Part shown: one piece after another, positions 33,211 to 43,018 of the stretch
Numbering within the stretch: the first letter of the stretch is position 1
Layout of the letters: each line of letters opens with the position of its first letter
Source: Nannocystis radixulma
GTDB lineage: Bacteria > Myxococcota_A > Polyangia > Nannocystales > Nannocystaceae
Direction of reading: 5' to 3'
DNA length: 64,000 nt
NCBI RefSeq assembly: GCF_028369095.1
Contig: NZ_JAQNDN010000024.1
Coordinates: 409,350 to 473,349, forward strand
Program-made: the position numbers and the translations under genes
The notes under the pieces: model-generated
Told to the model about the DNA's origin: nothing
The model's input: the letters and a program-made list of their open reading frames with translations, nothing else
The model's database searches: none

Positions 33211-34446
33211 CTCGGCGCGGAAGTAGCGGAAGCCGCCGCCGCCGCGCCAGCCGACCACCGCGGTGACGCCGCTGGGGTCGCGCCCGTCGACGACGGCGCG
33301 CAGGCGGGCTGCCACCAGGCCGTCGCAGTGGTCGCCGCGCTCGACGAGGATCCACCGCCGCCGCAGCTTGTGGGCGACGGCGCCGGTGGTGCCCGAGCCG
33401 GCGTAGACGTCGAGGACCCAGTCGCCGGGGCGGGTCGACAGCTCGAGCACGCGCTTCAGCAGGGCCTCGGGCTTCTTGCCCTTGGGGAAGGCGACGCCGC
33501 CCTCGTTGTGCAGGTTGTTGGACAGCAGGTCGTCCCAGATGGTGGTGAGCGGCTCGCCGGCGACCCGCTCGCCGTCGATGTGCTTGAGCTTGGCGGCGTA
33601 GAAGAGGATCCGCTCGCCGCGGACGAAGTAGAAGTCGTCGTGGTCGTCGCGCTCCAGCCGGAGCACCTGCCCCGGCGCGGCCTTCGAGCGGTCGATCATG
33701 GCCCGCGCGGCGGCGCTGACGGCGTTGTAGTCGGGCCGCGCGAGGCGGACGACGGCGTCGGCGTGGTCGAGGACGAAGCGGTCGAGCCGCGCCGGCTCGT
33801 CGCGCGCGAGCTGCCGGGCGGCGCGCTCAGCCAGGCCCTCGGCGTCGGCGAAGGCGCGCAGCAGGGTGACGATCCGCCACGCCTCGTGCGGCTCGCCGCG
33901 GTTGACGATGAACTGGGCGTAACGTGGGTCGCGCTCGCGGGCGGTGAACAGCCGCGGCGGGTTCCAGCGCGCGCGGTCCTTCGCGTAGACGAGGACGAAG
34001 TTGGAGGTGGTGACGCAGCCGGGGTTGATCGCCTTGTGGCCGGTCGGCGCGCCCTGCTTGAAGGTGACGACCGAGGCCCGGTTGGCGCGCCCGAACACCT
34101 CGTCGAGCAGGACGATGAGGTAGCCGAGCTCGTTGTCGTCGATGTGCACGAACAGGGTGCCGTCAGCGGCGAGCAGGCGGCGCAACACCTCGAGTCGCGC
34201 GCGGATGTCGGCGAGCCAGCGCGCGTGCTCGACCCCGTCGTCATAGTGGGCGAAGGCGCGGCCGGTGTTGTACGGTGGATCGATGTAGACGCAGCGGATC
34301 TTGCCGGCGAACTCGGACTCGAGCGCGAGCAGGGCGGGCAGGTTGTCGCCGCGGATCAGGCGGTTGTCGTACAGCTCGCCGTCGACCTCGGGGCCGCCGG
34401 CGCGGTACGATCGCGCGAGATCTTCGATCAGGGGACGCGGGTCCAC
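33172..34446 (-). CDS. Beta-class (motif IV before motif I) N6-adenine/N4-cytosine DNA methyltransferase, Mod-like, with no restriction partner
   Basis: IDPPYNTG (motif IV) near the N-terminus and LDVYAGSGTTG (motif I) near the C-terminus with about 300 aa between them, a putative target-recognition domain. No res or helicase gene is adjacent. Confidence 0.75.
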   Translation of the reverse strand: MDPRPLIEDLARSYRAGGPEVDGELYDNRLIRGDNLPALLALESEFAGKIRCVYIDPPYNTGRAFAHYDDGVEHARWLADIRARLEVLRRLLAADGTLFVHIDDNELGYLIVLLDEVFGRANRASVVTFKQGAPTGHKAINPGCVTTSNFVLVYAKDRARWNPPRLFTARERDPRYAQFIVNRGEPHEAWRIVTLLRAFADAEGLAERAARQLARDEPARLDRFVLDHADAVVRLARPDYNAVSAAARAMIDRSKAAPGQVLRLERDDHDDFYFVRGERILFYAAKLKHIDGERVAGEPLTTIWDDLLSNNLHNEGGVAFPKGKKPEALLKRVLELSTRPGDWVLDVYAGSGTTGAVAHKLRRRWILVERGDHCDGLVAARLRAVVDGRDPSGVTAVVGWRGGGGFRYFRAEGGDSDMSSEPCP

Positions 34447-34586
34447 GACGAGACGCTAGGGCAGCGGGGCTGAAAACGCCAGAAGGTCGGAGCCGATGAC
34501 GCCGAGCGCCGACAGGCCGCCGAACCGCGGCGGGAAACGTCGGGCGTTCGCACGTCCACCGATTCGCGGCCGCACGGGCGTATGGT

Positions 34587-37073
34587 ATGTTGGTGCGCGT
34601 GGTACATCCTGCTCGCTTCTCACGCGCGTTCACCGATCGCGCGACCCTCACCTTGTTGACCGGGCACCTCGGGTTTGCGGCTTGCGGCGACGATACCAGT
34701 CAAGGACAGACGGACTCGGCGAGCTCGACGACCACCAGCGGCGCGAGCACGTCCGACACGAGCGCCGGCGATCCGCCGACACAGGGCTCCGCGAGCCTGT
34801 CGGGCACGACGGGCGACCCCACCGCGGCGCCCACGACGACGCGGCCCGATGACACGACCGATACGACCGACACGACCGCGACGAGCGGCGTCGACCCGAC
34901 GGCCGCGTCCACCACCGGCACGACGGGCACCGACACGACGGGCACCGACACCGACGATACGGGCGAGCCGCCGCTGCAGGGTGTGCTCGATTTCGACGCC
35001 ATCAAGACCTACTCGAAGGGCTACTTCGGCGGCCACGAATACGTGGTCGCCGACCTCGACGGGGACGGCCGCACCGACGCGGTCACGCTCGACGACGTCG
35101 ACAACCAGGTGGTCGTGGTGCTCGCCGGCGCCGACGGGTATTACACCCCGGGCGAGGCCCACGCCGTGCCGCAGGTGTGGCGCCTCGCGCTCGGCGACGT
35201 GAACGGCGACGCGCGATTCGACATCCTCGTCACCACCAGCAGCGACATCGGCGCGCGGCTGCTGCTCGGCAACGGCGACGGCACGTTCCAGGCGCCGGTG
35301 GCTCTCCCCGCGGTGAAGCAGCGCACAGGCCCGACGTTCGCCGACATCGACGATGACGGCGACCTCGACCTGATGCTGGCGAAAGATCCGACGAACGTGG
35401 CCGTCCACCTCGGCGACGGCGCCGGCGGCTTCGGCCCGGAGTCCTCGTTCCTGGCCAACGTCAACACCAAGTGGCTCGGGAGCGGCGACATCGACGGCGA
35501 CGGCCTCGCCGATCTGGTGCTCCTGAACGACTCCAGCGACCCCAAGGTGCAGATCGGGCTGTCTCTCGGCGACGGCGGCTTTGCGCTGCAGCCGGTCGTC
35601 GACGTCCCGCCGATGGGGGGTATTGCCGTCGAGTTCACCACTCAGGTCGTCGTCGCCGACGTCGACGCCGACGGGCACGCCGACGTCCTGGCCGTCGATC
35701 GCGAGGGCATCGGCGTTCTCCTCGGTGGACCCGACGGCGCGCTCGATTACGTCGCGCGCTACCGCACGGGCAAAGAGGGCGCGCACGCGGCTGTCGGCGA
35801 CTGGGACGGCGACGGCGTCCTCGATCTCGCCAGCACCAGCGGCGACGACACGCTGCTCTACGTCCGCTACGGCGCCGGTGACGGTACATTCTCCGAGCCG
35901 CCGGTGCTGTACGACTCTGCCCGCTGCAATCGGGTCGAGGCCGGTGATGTCGACGCCGACGGGGTCGCCGACCTGATGCTCGGCTGCGCCGGTCTCGGCG
36001 TGGCCAAGAATCGCGGTGACGGCCGCTTCACCGCCGCCCCGGCGCTGATCGGCGGGCTGCGTCCGTCCGAGTCGGTGATCGCCGATTTCGACGAGGACGG
36101 GCACGCCGATGTCGTCGCCGGGTTCGAGGACTCGGAGGAGATCGTCGTGTTTCGCGGCAACGGCGACCTCACCTTCGCGGACCCGATCGAGCCGTCGTTG
36201 CCGGTGACGGCCGAGCCGCGCGACCTCATCGCCGCCGACATCGACGAGGACGGTCACCTGGACTTGCTCGCGTCGATCCACGGCCTCGGCCCCGACAAGA
36301 CGCTGGTGATCCACTTCGGTGACGGCACCGGTCACTTCGAGGCGCCGGCGTCGTATCCCGGCCCGTGGCGGCTGGCGGTGGCCGACCTCGACGAGGATGG
36401 CCACCTCGACGTGCTCACCGCCGGCTATGACTTCCTCTTGCCGATGCTCGGCGACGGCAGCGGGGTGCTCACCCCGGGGGCGCAAATCCCCGCGGGTCAG
36501 GGCCTGTACAACATCGCGGTGGCCGACCTCGACGGAGACGGCGATCTCGACGCCGCCGCGCCCAGCTATCAAACAAAGGAGATCGTGCTGTTCCGGGGCG
36601 AGGGCGATGGTAGCTTCAGCCCGCAGGTCTCGACGATCTCCAGCGCGCTGACCCCGTGGCGCGTCGAAGCCGGCGACTTCACCGACGACGGGATCGTCGA
36701 CCTGATGCTGGCGGTGTTCTCGCAGCAGGTCATGCCTGGCCTGGCGATCCATCCCGGCCTCGGCGACGGCAGCTTCGGGCCGCCCGTCGACGTCCCCGAG
36801 AGCTTCTTCCTCGGCGAGTCGACCATGGTCGTCGCCGACTTCAACAAGGACCAGCGGCCGGATGTGTTCTACGCGCCGACGAACGGCCAGGTGGTGGCCA
36901 GGGCCGGGCTCGCCGGCGGCGGCTTCGGCGAGCCGCTCATCTATCAGCTGTTTCTCCCGCGCTCGTTCGCCGTCGGAGACGTCGATCACGACGAGCTCCC
37001 CGATGTCGTGCTCGGCAGCCAGGGCGGCCAGACGCGCACCCACTTCTCGCTGTTCCGCAACGCTTCGTACTGA
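34587..37073 (+). CDS. Large lipoprotein with multiple FG-GAP/VCBS repeats (integrin-alpha-like beta-propeller)
   Basis: GFAACGDD lipobox, Thr-rich linker and repeated ...ADLDGDGxxDL/GDVNGDG... motifs. Confidence 0.75.
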   Translation: MLVRVVHPARFSRAFTDRATLTLLTGHLGFAACGDDTSQGQTDSASSTTTSGASTSDTSAGDPPTQGSASLSGTTGDPTAAPTTTRPDDTTDTTDTTATSGVDPTAASTTGTTGTDTTGTDTDDTGEPPLQGVLDFDAIKTYSKGYFGGHEYVVADLDGDGRTDAVTLDDVDNQVVVVLAGADGYYTPGEAHAVPQVWRLALGDVNGDARFDILVTTSSDIGARLLLGNGDGTFQAPVALPAVKQRTGPTFADIDDDGDLDLMLAKDPTNVAVHLGDGAGGFGPESSFLANVNTKWLGSGDIDGDGLADLVLLNDSSDPKVQIGLSLGDGGFALQPVVDVPPMGGIAVEFTTQVVVADVDADGHADVLAVDREGIGVLLGGPDGALDYVARYRTGKEGAHAAVGDWDGDGVLDLASTSGDDTLLYVRYGAGDGTFSEPPVLYDSARCNRVEAGDVDADGVADLMLGCAGLGVAKNRGDGRFTAAPALIGGLRPSESVIADFDEDGHADVVAGFEDSEEIVVFRGNGDLTFADPIEPSLPVTAEPRDLIAADIDEDGHLDLLASIHGLGPDKTLVIHFGDGTGHFEAPASYPGPWRLAVADLDEDGHLDVLTAGYDFLLPMLGDGSGVLTPGAQIPAGQGLYNIAVADLDGDGDLDAAAPSYQTKEIVLFRGEGDGSFSPQVSTISSALTPWRVEAGDFTDDGIVDLMLAVFSQQVMPGLAIHPGLGDGSFGPPVDVPESFFLGESTMVVADFNKDQRPDVFYAPTNGQVVARAGLAGGGFGEPLIYQLFLPRSFAVGDVDHDELPDVVLGSQGGQTRTHFSLFRNASY

Positions 37074-37087
37074 GCGACGAGCGTGGC

Positions 37088-37126
37088 CGCAAGCTGTCCC
37101 ACGAGACAGGTCACGGAACAGGCACC
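37088..37126. repeat. Short palindromic repeat array (about 2-3 units) in the 37-bp convergent gap
   Basis: gCTGTCCcacgagACAGGTCacggaACAGGCACCTGg; centres 37094 and 37108. Confidence 0.45.
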
Positions 37127-37632
37127 TGGGCGGACGCGCCGCGGCAGATCGGTTCGCACCCGGGGCCGTTGGGCTGCGATTCGACGTAGGTCGGGGTGAG
37201 CTCGCCGGCCCACAGCTGCTGGCCGTCGCGGCGGATCGCCAGCTCGAGCTTGGCCGGGCTGCTCGGCACCAGGATGTCCGCGAAGCCATGTTGCTCGGGC
37301 GGCAAGGCGCAGCCGGATTCGCCGATCTGCACGCGCTCCGGGACGTCGCAGGTGAGCGAGGGGCCCGCGTCGCAGGGGCGCAGCGGCAGCGAGCCGGTGC
37401 AGGTGACGGGCGCGCCGTCGAGCGCGAAGCTGAACGTGTACTCGCCCGGGGCCCAGCCGCTGGTCGCCTTGAGTTCGATGCGCAGGCCGCCGATGCAGCC
37501 GATCTCGGTGCACATCTTGCCACCGCCGCCGGGGTCGGTCGGCTCGACCTGGCCCTTGGAGCATGCGCAAAAGAACAGGCAGGCGGACAGCACGACGGCG
37601 GCGCGGGGACGGGGCATGCCCGAGCTTGGCAC
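37111..37632 (-). CDS. Small secreted lipoprotein (about 170 aa)
   Basis: AAVVLSACLFFCACSKGQ lipobox. Its signal-peptide coding region (37563-37620) is itself built from phased palindromic units. The first ATG overlaps the predicted start of the divergent sterol reductase, so one of the two starts is wrong. Confidence 0.55.
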   Translation of the reverse strand: MPSSGMPRPRAAVVLSACLFFCACSKGQVEPTDPGGGGKMCTEIGCIGGLRIELKATSGWAPGEYTFSFALDGAPVTCTGSLPLRPCDAGPSLTCDVPERVQIGESGCALPPEQHGFADILVPSSPAKLELAIRRDGQQLWAGELTPTYVESQPNGPGCEPICRGASAQVPVP

Positions 37633-38767
37633 GGGCCGGACCGGAGCGCACGCGCGGAGGCTTTACAGGCGCGGCCGCGGTCTCGTAGCCTGGGCCGTGT
37701 CGCCCGCATTCGCGCTGATCGCCCTCTACGGGCTGGTGTTCGTGCTCCACCTGATCGTGCCGGGCCGCCGCGTGACCGGCTACGTGCGCGACGAGGCCAG
37801 CGGGGCGCCGCTGCGCTACCGGCTCAACGGGCTGAGGGTGATGGCGCTGACGGTGGCGCTGTACTTCGTCGCCGGGGCGACGGGGCTGGTGCCGTGGGAC
37901 TGGCTGTACGTGCACCGCGAGGCGACGCTGGCGACGGCGTGCGGGCTGGGGCTGCTGTTCACGCTGGCGATCGTGCTGCCGGCGGCACCGCGGCGCGGCT
38001 TTTTGGCCGACCTGTACCTCGGCCGCCTGACCAATCCGCAGTGGATCGACGGCCACGTCGACGCCAAGATGTTTTTGTATCTGATCGGGGCGGTGATGCT
38101 GCAGCTGAACCTGCTGTCGTTCGCGGCCCATCACTTGCTGCTCTACCCGGGCGACCCGTCGCCCGGCGTGCTGCTGCACGTGGCACTGTTCTCGTTCTTC
38201 CTGTGGGAGTACCTCAATTTCGAGGAGGTGCACCTGTACACCTACGACTTCGTGGCCGAGCGCGTCGGCTTCAAGCTCGGCTGGGGCTGCCTGACGTTCT
38301 ACCCGTTCTTCTACGCGGTGGGCCTGTGGACGACCGCCGAACTGCCCAATCCGCACACGCCGGCGCCGCTGCTGGGGCTGTGCGCGGCGCTCTTCTTCGC
38401 CGGGTGGATGCTGGCGCGCGGGGCCAACATGCAGAAATTCTGGTTCAAGACGCAGCCGGAGAAATTGGCGTTCGGGTCGATCGCGCCGGAGGTGTTGACC
38501 GACGGTGAGAAGAAGATCTTGGTGGGCGGCTTCTGGGGGCTGTCGCGGCACATCAACTATCTGGGCGAGATGACGATGGCGACCGCCCTGGCGCTGTCGC
38601 TCGGCTACCCGGGCGAGCTGGGGCCGTGGCTGTATCCGCTGTACTACGTGGTGCTGCTGGTGCCGCGGCAGATCGACGACGACCGGCGCTGCCGCGCCAA
38701 GTACGGGGCGCTGTGGCAGCAGTACGAGCGGCGCGTGCGCTGGCGGATCATCCCCGGGGTGTATTGA
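37616..38767 (+). CDS. ERG4/ERG24-family sterol reductase (7-dehydrocholesterol/delta14-sterol reductase-like)
   Basis: The C-terminal signature ...LVGGFWGLSRHINYLGEMTMA..., multiple TM helices and ...YGALWQQYERRVRWRIIPGVY. The start is uncertain: ATG 37616 or an in-frame GTG near 37697. Confidence 0.8.
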   Translation: MPELGTGRTGAHARRLYRRGRGLVAWAVSPAFALIALYGLVFVLHLIVPGRRVTGYVRDEASGAPLRYRLNGLRVMALTVALYFVAGATGLVPWDWLYVHREATLATACGLGLLFTLAIVLPAAPRRGFLADLYLGRLTNPQWIDGHVDAKMFLYLIGAVMLQLNLLSFAAHHLLLYPGDPSPGVLLHVALFSFFLWEYLNFEEVHLYTYDFVAERVGFKLGWGCLTFYPFFYAVGLWTTAELPNPHTPAPLLGLCAALFFAGWMLARGANMQKFWFKTQPEKLAFGSIAPEVLTDGEKKILVGGFWGLSRHINYLGEMTMATALALSLGYPGELGPWLYPLYYVVLLVPRQIDDDRRCRAKYGALWQQYERRVRWRIIPGVY

Positions 38768-38790
38768 CTCCGGGCGCGGCGACGGTCGGG

Positions 38791-38815
38791 CCGAGAGCTG
38801 TCTCTTCGGCCATGT
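38791..38815. repeat. Two palindromic units (gagaGCTGTCTCttcg-GCCATGTGTaat) in the convergent gap between the sterol reductase and the SDR gene
   Basis: Centres about 14 bp apart between the stops at 38767 and 38834. Confidence 0.45.
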
Positions 38816-38833
38816 GTAATGAATCGCCGCCGC

Positions 38834-39643
38834 TCAGGTCGAGGGCTTGCTCAGGCGGGCGGTCTGCGAGCCCATGAGGGCGACGGCGCCGCTGCGTGGG
38901 AACAGGCGGTTGAGCAGGAACGCGGCGAACCGGTTGAGGCGGCCGGGCACGGCGCTGGGCGGGCCACCGAGGGCGTGCAGGGCCTCGGCGACGACGGCGT
39001 CGGGGGTCATGGCGCGCGGGCCGTCGGGGCCGCTCGAGCGCTCGAAGCCAGGGGTGCGGGTGGCGCCGGCGCAGCACACGAGCACGTCGACGCCGCGCGG
39101 ACCGAGCTCGTACCAGAGGGCCTCGCCGAGCGACAGGTTGAACGCCTTGGTGGCGCCGTAGGTGGCGACCAGCGGCGAGCCCCAGAAGGCGGTGAGCGAG
39201 GACATGAGCAGGAGACCGCCGCGGCCGCGGCTGACCAACCGCTCGCCGAACACGTGGGCGGCGAGCAAGGGGCCGCGGCAATTGACGTCGACGATCTTCA
39301 GCTTGTCGGCGAGCGGGACGTCGAGGAAGGGGCCGATCCGCGACAGCGCGGCGTTGTAGACGCAGAGGCCGACGTCGAGGTCGCGGGTCAGGTCGTCGAG
39401 GCGCGCGGCCAGGTCGGGGTCGCCGAGATCGAGGGCAGCCGTGCGCACCTCGACGCGGGCGCGCAGCGGGGCGGCGACCGACTCGAGCACGTCGGCCCGC
39501 CGCGCGAGCAGCAGGAGGTTGAGGCCGCGATCGGCGAGGGCCCGGGCGAAGGCGGCCCCGAGGCCCTCGGAGGCGCCGGCGACGACGGCCCAGGGGCCGT
39601 ACTTGTGGGCGAAGGCGGTGGTCTCGGTGGCGGGGCTCGGCAC
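38834..39643 (-). CDS. Short-chain dehydrogenase/reductase (SDR)
   Basis: VVAGASEGLGAAFARALA (a Gly-rich NAD(P)-binding variant) and a Y...K catalytic region (YGATKAF). Confidence 0.75.
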   Translation of the reverse strand: MPSPATETTAFAHKYGPWAVVAGASEGLGAAFARALADRGLNLLLLARRADVLESVAAPLRARVEVRTAALDLGDPDLAARLDDLTRDLDVGLCVYNAALSRIGPFLDVPLADKLKIVDVNCRGPLLAAHVFGERLVSRGRGGLLLMSSLTAFWGSPLVATYGATKAFNLSLGEALWYELGPRGVDVLVCCAGATRTPGFERSSGPDGPRAMTPDAVVAEALHALGGPPSAVPGRLNRFAAFLLNRLFPRSGAVALMGSQTARLSKPST

Positions 39644-39794
39644 GACGCCGGCGAGGAGAGCACGAGCCCGCCGCGGCCGGCAAGAGAGGGTCTGTCGGGG
39701 GCGCTGACGCGCAGCACGTGGAGCAGGATCCTCGCCGGGAATGCCCCGAGCGCGCGGCGCGTGCTACACGTCGCCGCACCACGTGGAGCGAACG

Positions 39795-40175
39795 ATGCAC
39801 AAGGGATCCTGCCTCTGTGGAGCCGTGAATTTCGAGATCACCGGCGAACTGCACCCGCCCGATGCCTGCCACTGCTCGATGTGCCGCAAGCAGTCGGGGC
39901 ATTACTGGGCGTCCACCGACATCCCCCGCGCCGCCCTGACGATCCACGGCGCCGAGCACCTCACGTGGTTCCGCTCGTCGGCGAAGGTGCGGCGAGGGTT
40001 TTGTTCGACGTGCGGGTCCTTCCTGTTCTGGGACCCGATCGAGCGCGACTCGATCGCCGTCGCCATGGGCGCGTTCGACGGGCCCACCGGGATCGGGCTG
40101 GGGATGCACATCCACGTGGCGGGGAAGGGCGATTACTACGACATCGCCGACGGGCTGCCGCAGAAAGAGCACTGA
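39795..40175 (+). CDS. GFA-family (CENP-V/glutathione-dependent formaldehyde-activating-like) zinc protein
   Basis: MHKGSCLCGAVNFEI...CHCSMCRK...CSTCGS cysteine pattern. Confidence 0.75.
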   Translation: MHKGSCLCGAVNFEITGELHPPDACHCSMCRKQSGHYWASTDIPRAALTIHGAEHLTWFRSSAKVRRGFCSTCGSFLFWDPIERDSIAVAMGAFDGPTGIGLGMHIHVAGKGDYYDIADGLPQKEH

Positions 40176-40181
40176 CTGCCA

Positions 40182-40258
40182 GGATATGCATGAACGAACA
40201 TGTCGAGAAAGGCATGTCAAAGAAGACATGTCTATGAGGACATGACCGAACAGTCTCC
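40182..40258. repeat. 14-bp-period palindromic repeat array (5-6 units) downstream of the GFA gene; a second irregular cluster lies at 40413-40468
   Basis: ATG centres at 40186, 40200, 40214, 40228 and 40242: atATGCATga / gaACATGTCg / agGCATGTCa / agACATGTCt / agGACATGAcc. Confidence 0.7.
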
Positions 40259-40560
40259 TCATACGGACAACGCCGCGGAGAGACAGGGACGTCCACCCGG
40301 CGACGAGCGGGGCCCGAGACGGTCGTCGCAGGCGGGCGCGGGGCGGCGGATTTGGGACGCCGGTGGGACGGAGACGCGGTTCAGCGCGCGCAGGCGCACA
40401 GTCCTCCGCGCGCGCCATGCTCCTGTCCGAAAGGCCATCCTGTCCGAAGAGACAGCGCCGAGCACGTGAACCGGTAGGGGCCCGCCGAGCGAGGACCCAA
40501 GTCCGCCGCCCCGCGCCCGCCGTCACCCGGTTCTTCCGGGCCCCGCGCCTCCGGACAGCC

Positions 40561-41988
40561 TCAGGCCGACTTCACGATGAGCACGAACATCTGCTCGGTC
40601 ACGCCGCCCTGGCCGTCGTCGACGCTGAGGACGACCGGGTGCTCGCCGATGTCCTCGCTCGTCACGGACCAGGACAGCACGTTGTTGTTCGGATCGAGGA
40701 CCATGTCGGGCGGGCCGGAGACCAGCGCGTAGGTCAGCGGGTCGCCGTCGGGGTCGGTGGCGACGAGCTGGTAGAACCACGCCACGGGAGGGTCGCCCGC
40801 GAGCACCGTGCCGGAGATGGCGAGGCCGAACGGGCCGAACAGGCCCGGGTCGTTGCTGGAGGTCAGCGGCTGGCCGTCGGGCGCGAACTTGAAGATGTCG
40901 GCGGGGAGCGTGCCCTGGCCGTTCTCGTAGTCCGAGGTGTAGATGTTGCCCTCGTTGTCGACGCGCAGCGGCACCGGGAACGCGTCGTTGGGCTGGTCGA
41001 ACGTGCCGAGCTTGGTGGCGGAGAGCACGTCGTAGCGCACGAGGTCGCCGGCGGCCGCGACCAATTCGCCGTTGGCGTTGAACTGCAGGCCCTCGAAGTT
41101 GCCGGGGTTGCCGGCGCCGCTGAGCGTCGCCACCCACGGGAACTGCTCGAAGTCCATGAAGTCGGCGACGTGGATGGTGTTGTCGGTCTGGCTGGCGAGG
41201 TAGAGGCGGCCCTTGCCGTCGAACGTGATGCCCGTCAGCTGACCCGCGCCGGCGGGCAGCGGGATCTGCTGCTCGAACGCGTAGGCCTCGGCGTCGTACT
41301 GGTTGAGCTTGTCGGTGCCGCCGGTGGCCGTGGTGGTGTAGAGGTTGCCGCGCGGGTCGAAGATGACGTTCTCGGTCGCCTCGGCGGCGATCTTCGGGTA
41401 GGTCGCGTACTCGATGCCGTAGTCGCTGAACTCGACGAAGGTGTCGTAGCCGGCGACGACGAGGTTGCCGCGCGAGTTGAAGGCCGCGCCGTTCGGGCCG
41501 TAGGTGTAGAGATCCGAGGCGACCGTGCTGAACGCCGGGTGGGTGAAGGCCTGCACGAACGCGAGGCTGTTGCCGTCGTACACCCGGACCTCGTCGGTGC
41601 GCGACGACGAGATGAAGATCTGCCCGGGCTCGAAGTTCGACTGGAACAGCTCCTCGATCACGATCTCGGTGGTCGGCTCGGAGTCCCACACCGGCGGTTG
41701 ATTGGGCTCCACCGCGGTGGTCGAGGTCGCGTCGGTGGCGGTGGCGGCGTCGGTGGTGGTGCCGGGGACGTCGGTGGTGCCGGTCATCGACTCGGTGCCG
41801 GTGCCGGTCGGCGCGGTCGTGGTCGGCTCGTCGGTGACGCCGGTGGTGGTCGTCGTCGGGCCGGTCATCGTCGTCGTCGTCGCCATCGTCGCGGTCCCGC
41901 TCTCGCTGGTGCGCCCGCCGTCGTCACCGCAGCCGCCGAGCGACACGCCCACGCTCATCCACAACACGCCGATGCCTCGCCTCACCAT
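40561..41988 (-). CDS. Secreted lipoprotein: Thr-rich linker, NHL/beta-propeller-like repeats and a C-terminal Ig/cadherin-like domain
   Basis: VSLGGCGDDGG lipobox; repeated ...GNLYTT.../...GRLYLA... blades. Confidence 0.65.
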   Translation of the reverse strand: MVRRGIGVLWMSVGVSLGGCGDDGGRTSESGTATMATTTTMTGPTTTTTGVTDEPTTTAPTGTGTESMTGTTDVPGTTTDAATATDATSTTAVEPNQPPVWDSEPTTEIVIEELFQSNFEPGQIFISSSRTDEVRVYDGNSLAFVQAFTHPAFSTVASDLYTYGPNGAAFNSRGNLVVAGYDTFVEFSDYGIEYATYPKIAAEATENVIFDPRGNLYTTTATGGTDKLNQYDAEAYAFEQQIPLPAGAGQLTGITFDGKGRLYLASQTDNTIHVADFMDFEQFPWVATLSGAGNPGNFEGLQFNANGELVAAAGDLVRYDVLSATKLGTFDQPNDAFPVPLRVDNEGNIYTSDYENGQGTLPADIFKFAPDGQPLTSSNDPGLFGPFGLAISGTVLAGDPPVAWFYQLVATDPDGDPLTYALVSGPPDMVLDPNNNVLSWSVTSEDIGEHPVVLSVDDGQGGVTEQMFVLIVKSA

Positions 41989-42117
41989 CGCCAGCTCCTC
42001 CGAAGGCGGCGAGGGTACCCGATCACAGCGCCGGGTGGCGCGGCGCGGGTGGAGCGCAGCGGCGATGACGACCTCCGCGAGCGCGGTCCGTGCATCGGCG
42101 AGCACACGACTCCGACT

Positions 42118-42498
42118 TCATACGGGCGGCGAGAGGTCGCCGGTCGGCGCGTTCATCAGCCACTTCTCGATGCAGGCGATCAGCTCGGCGAGGCACTCGG
42201 TGCTGAACGACGCGAGGATGTGGTCCCAGTCCGGATCGAGGAGCACGGCGCGGTAGCCGGTGCGGTAAAAGCCGGCGTCGAGGTGGACCTCGCGCCAGGG
42301 GCTGTCGGGGCCGGGGCGGTACTCGCCGCCGATCGGCGGCAGCTTGACGAGCCACAGCAGGTCCTCGCTGTCGTTGGCGTCGAGGCGGCCGTCGGCGAGG
42401 CGACGGGCGTCGAGGCCGTTGTGGCGCACGCCCCAGCCGCCGGGGATCCGCAGGGGGATGAGCTGCCAGGCGGGGCCGACGAGATCGAGGACGTCCAT
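42118..42498 (-). CDS. Hypothetical protein (126 aa)
   Basis: Balanced composition; divergent from the 42578 gene. Confidence 0.4.
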   Translation of the reverse strand: MDVLDLVGPAWQLIPLRIPGGWGVRHNGLDARRLADGRLDANDSEDLLWLVKLPPIGGEYRPGPDSPWREVHLDAGFYRTGYRAVLLDPDWDHILASFSTECLAELIACIEKWLMNAPTGDLSPPV

Positions 42499-42577
42499 GC
42501 CGGCGATGGTATCGCGGGCGCCCCGCGCGGGGATGCGCGCGGCCGCGGGATGCGCGAGACTACGCGCCGGAGGCTCG

Positions 42578-42931
42578 ATGTCCCTCGTCACCCACGCCTA
42601 CGTGCGCGCGCCCGACGGCGCGACGCAGGAGCTGCCCGCCGAACCACCGCGCAACGACCTCGCCGGGCCCGAGCGCTGGCGCGTGACGGTCTACGGCTCG
42701 GAGGTGGCGCGCGCGCTCGGGCTGACGCTGCTGCCGACGCTGACGGCGCAGGACATCTTCGCCGAGGGTCCGCAGCTCGACGTGCTCGAGCGCGAGGTCC
42801 AGCTGCTGCTGGCCAACACCGGGCGCTGGCCGGCGATCAGCCTCGACGAGCTGCGCTTCCGCCTGCTCAACATCCTCGAGGCGGTCCGCCTGGCGCGGGC
42901 GGCCCCGAACGGCGGGGTGTACCTCGGTTGA
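42578..42931 (+). CDS. Hypothetical protein (117 aa)
   Basis: ATG at 42578 after a short divergent gap; balanced composition. Confidence 0.4.
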   Translation: MSLVTHAYVRAPDGATQELPAEPPRNDLAGPERWRVTVYGSEVARALGLTLLPTLTAQDIFAEGPQLDVLEREVQLLLANTGRWPAISLDELRFRLLNILEAVRLARAAPNGGVYLG

Positions 42932-42933
42932 GC

Positions 42934-43018
42934 GGACAGTGTCCGAGCGGACAGGTCTATCGAGGCATGTCCGATCAGACATTGTCCATTCGGACATGTC
43001 CTTTCATTGTGACAGGAA
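42934..43018. repeat. 14-bp-period palindromic repeat array (6-7 units) between convergent genes
   Basis: gGACAGTGTCCgagcGGACAGGTCtatcgagGCATGTCCgatcaGACATTGTCCattcGGACATGTCCtttCATTGTGACAGG; it overlaps the stop codons at 42931 and 43004. Confidence 0.7.

Noticed and set aside
34620-38551. ORFs 34620..37709 (-, 1029 aa) and 36986..38551 (-), antisense to the FG-GAP lipoprotein and the sterol reductase
   Set aside because: Composition-driven frames. The plus-strand frames have strong family signatures.
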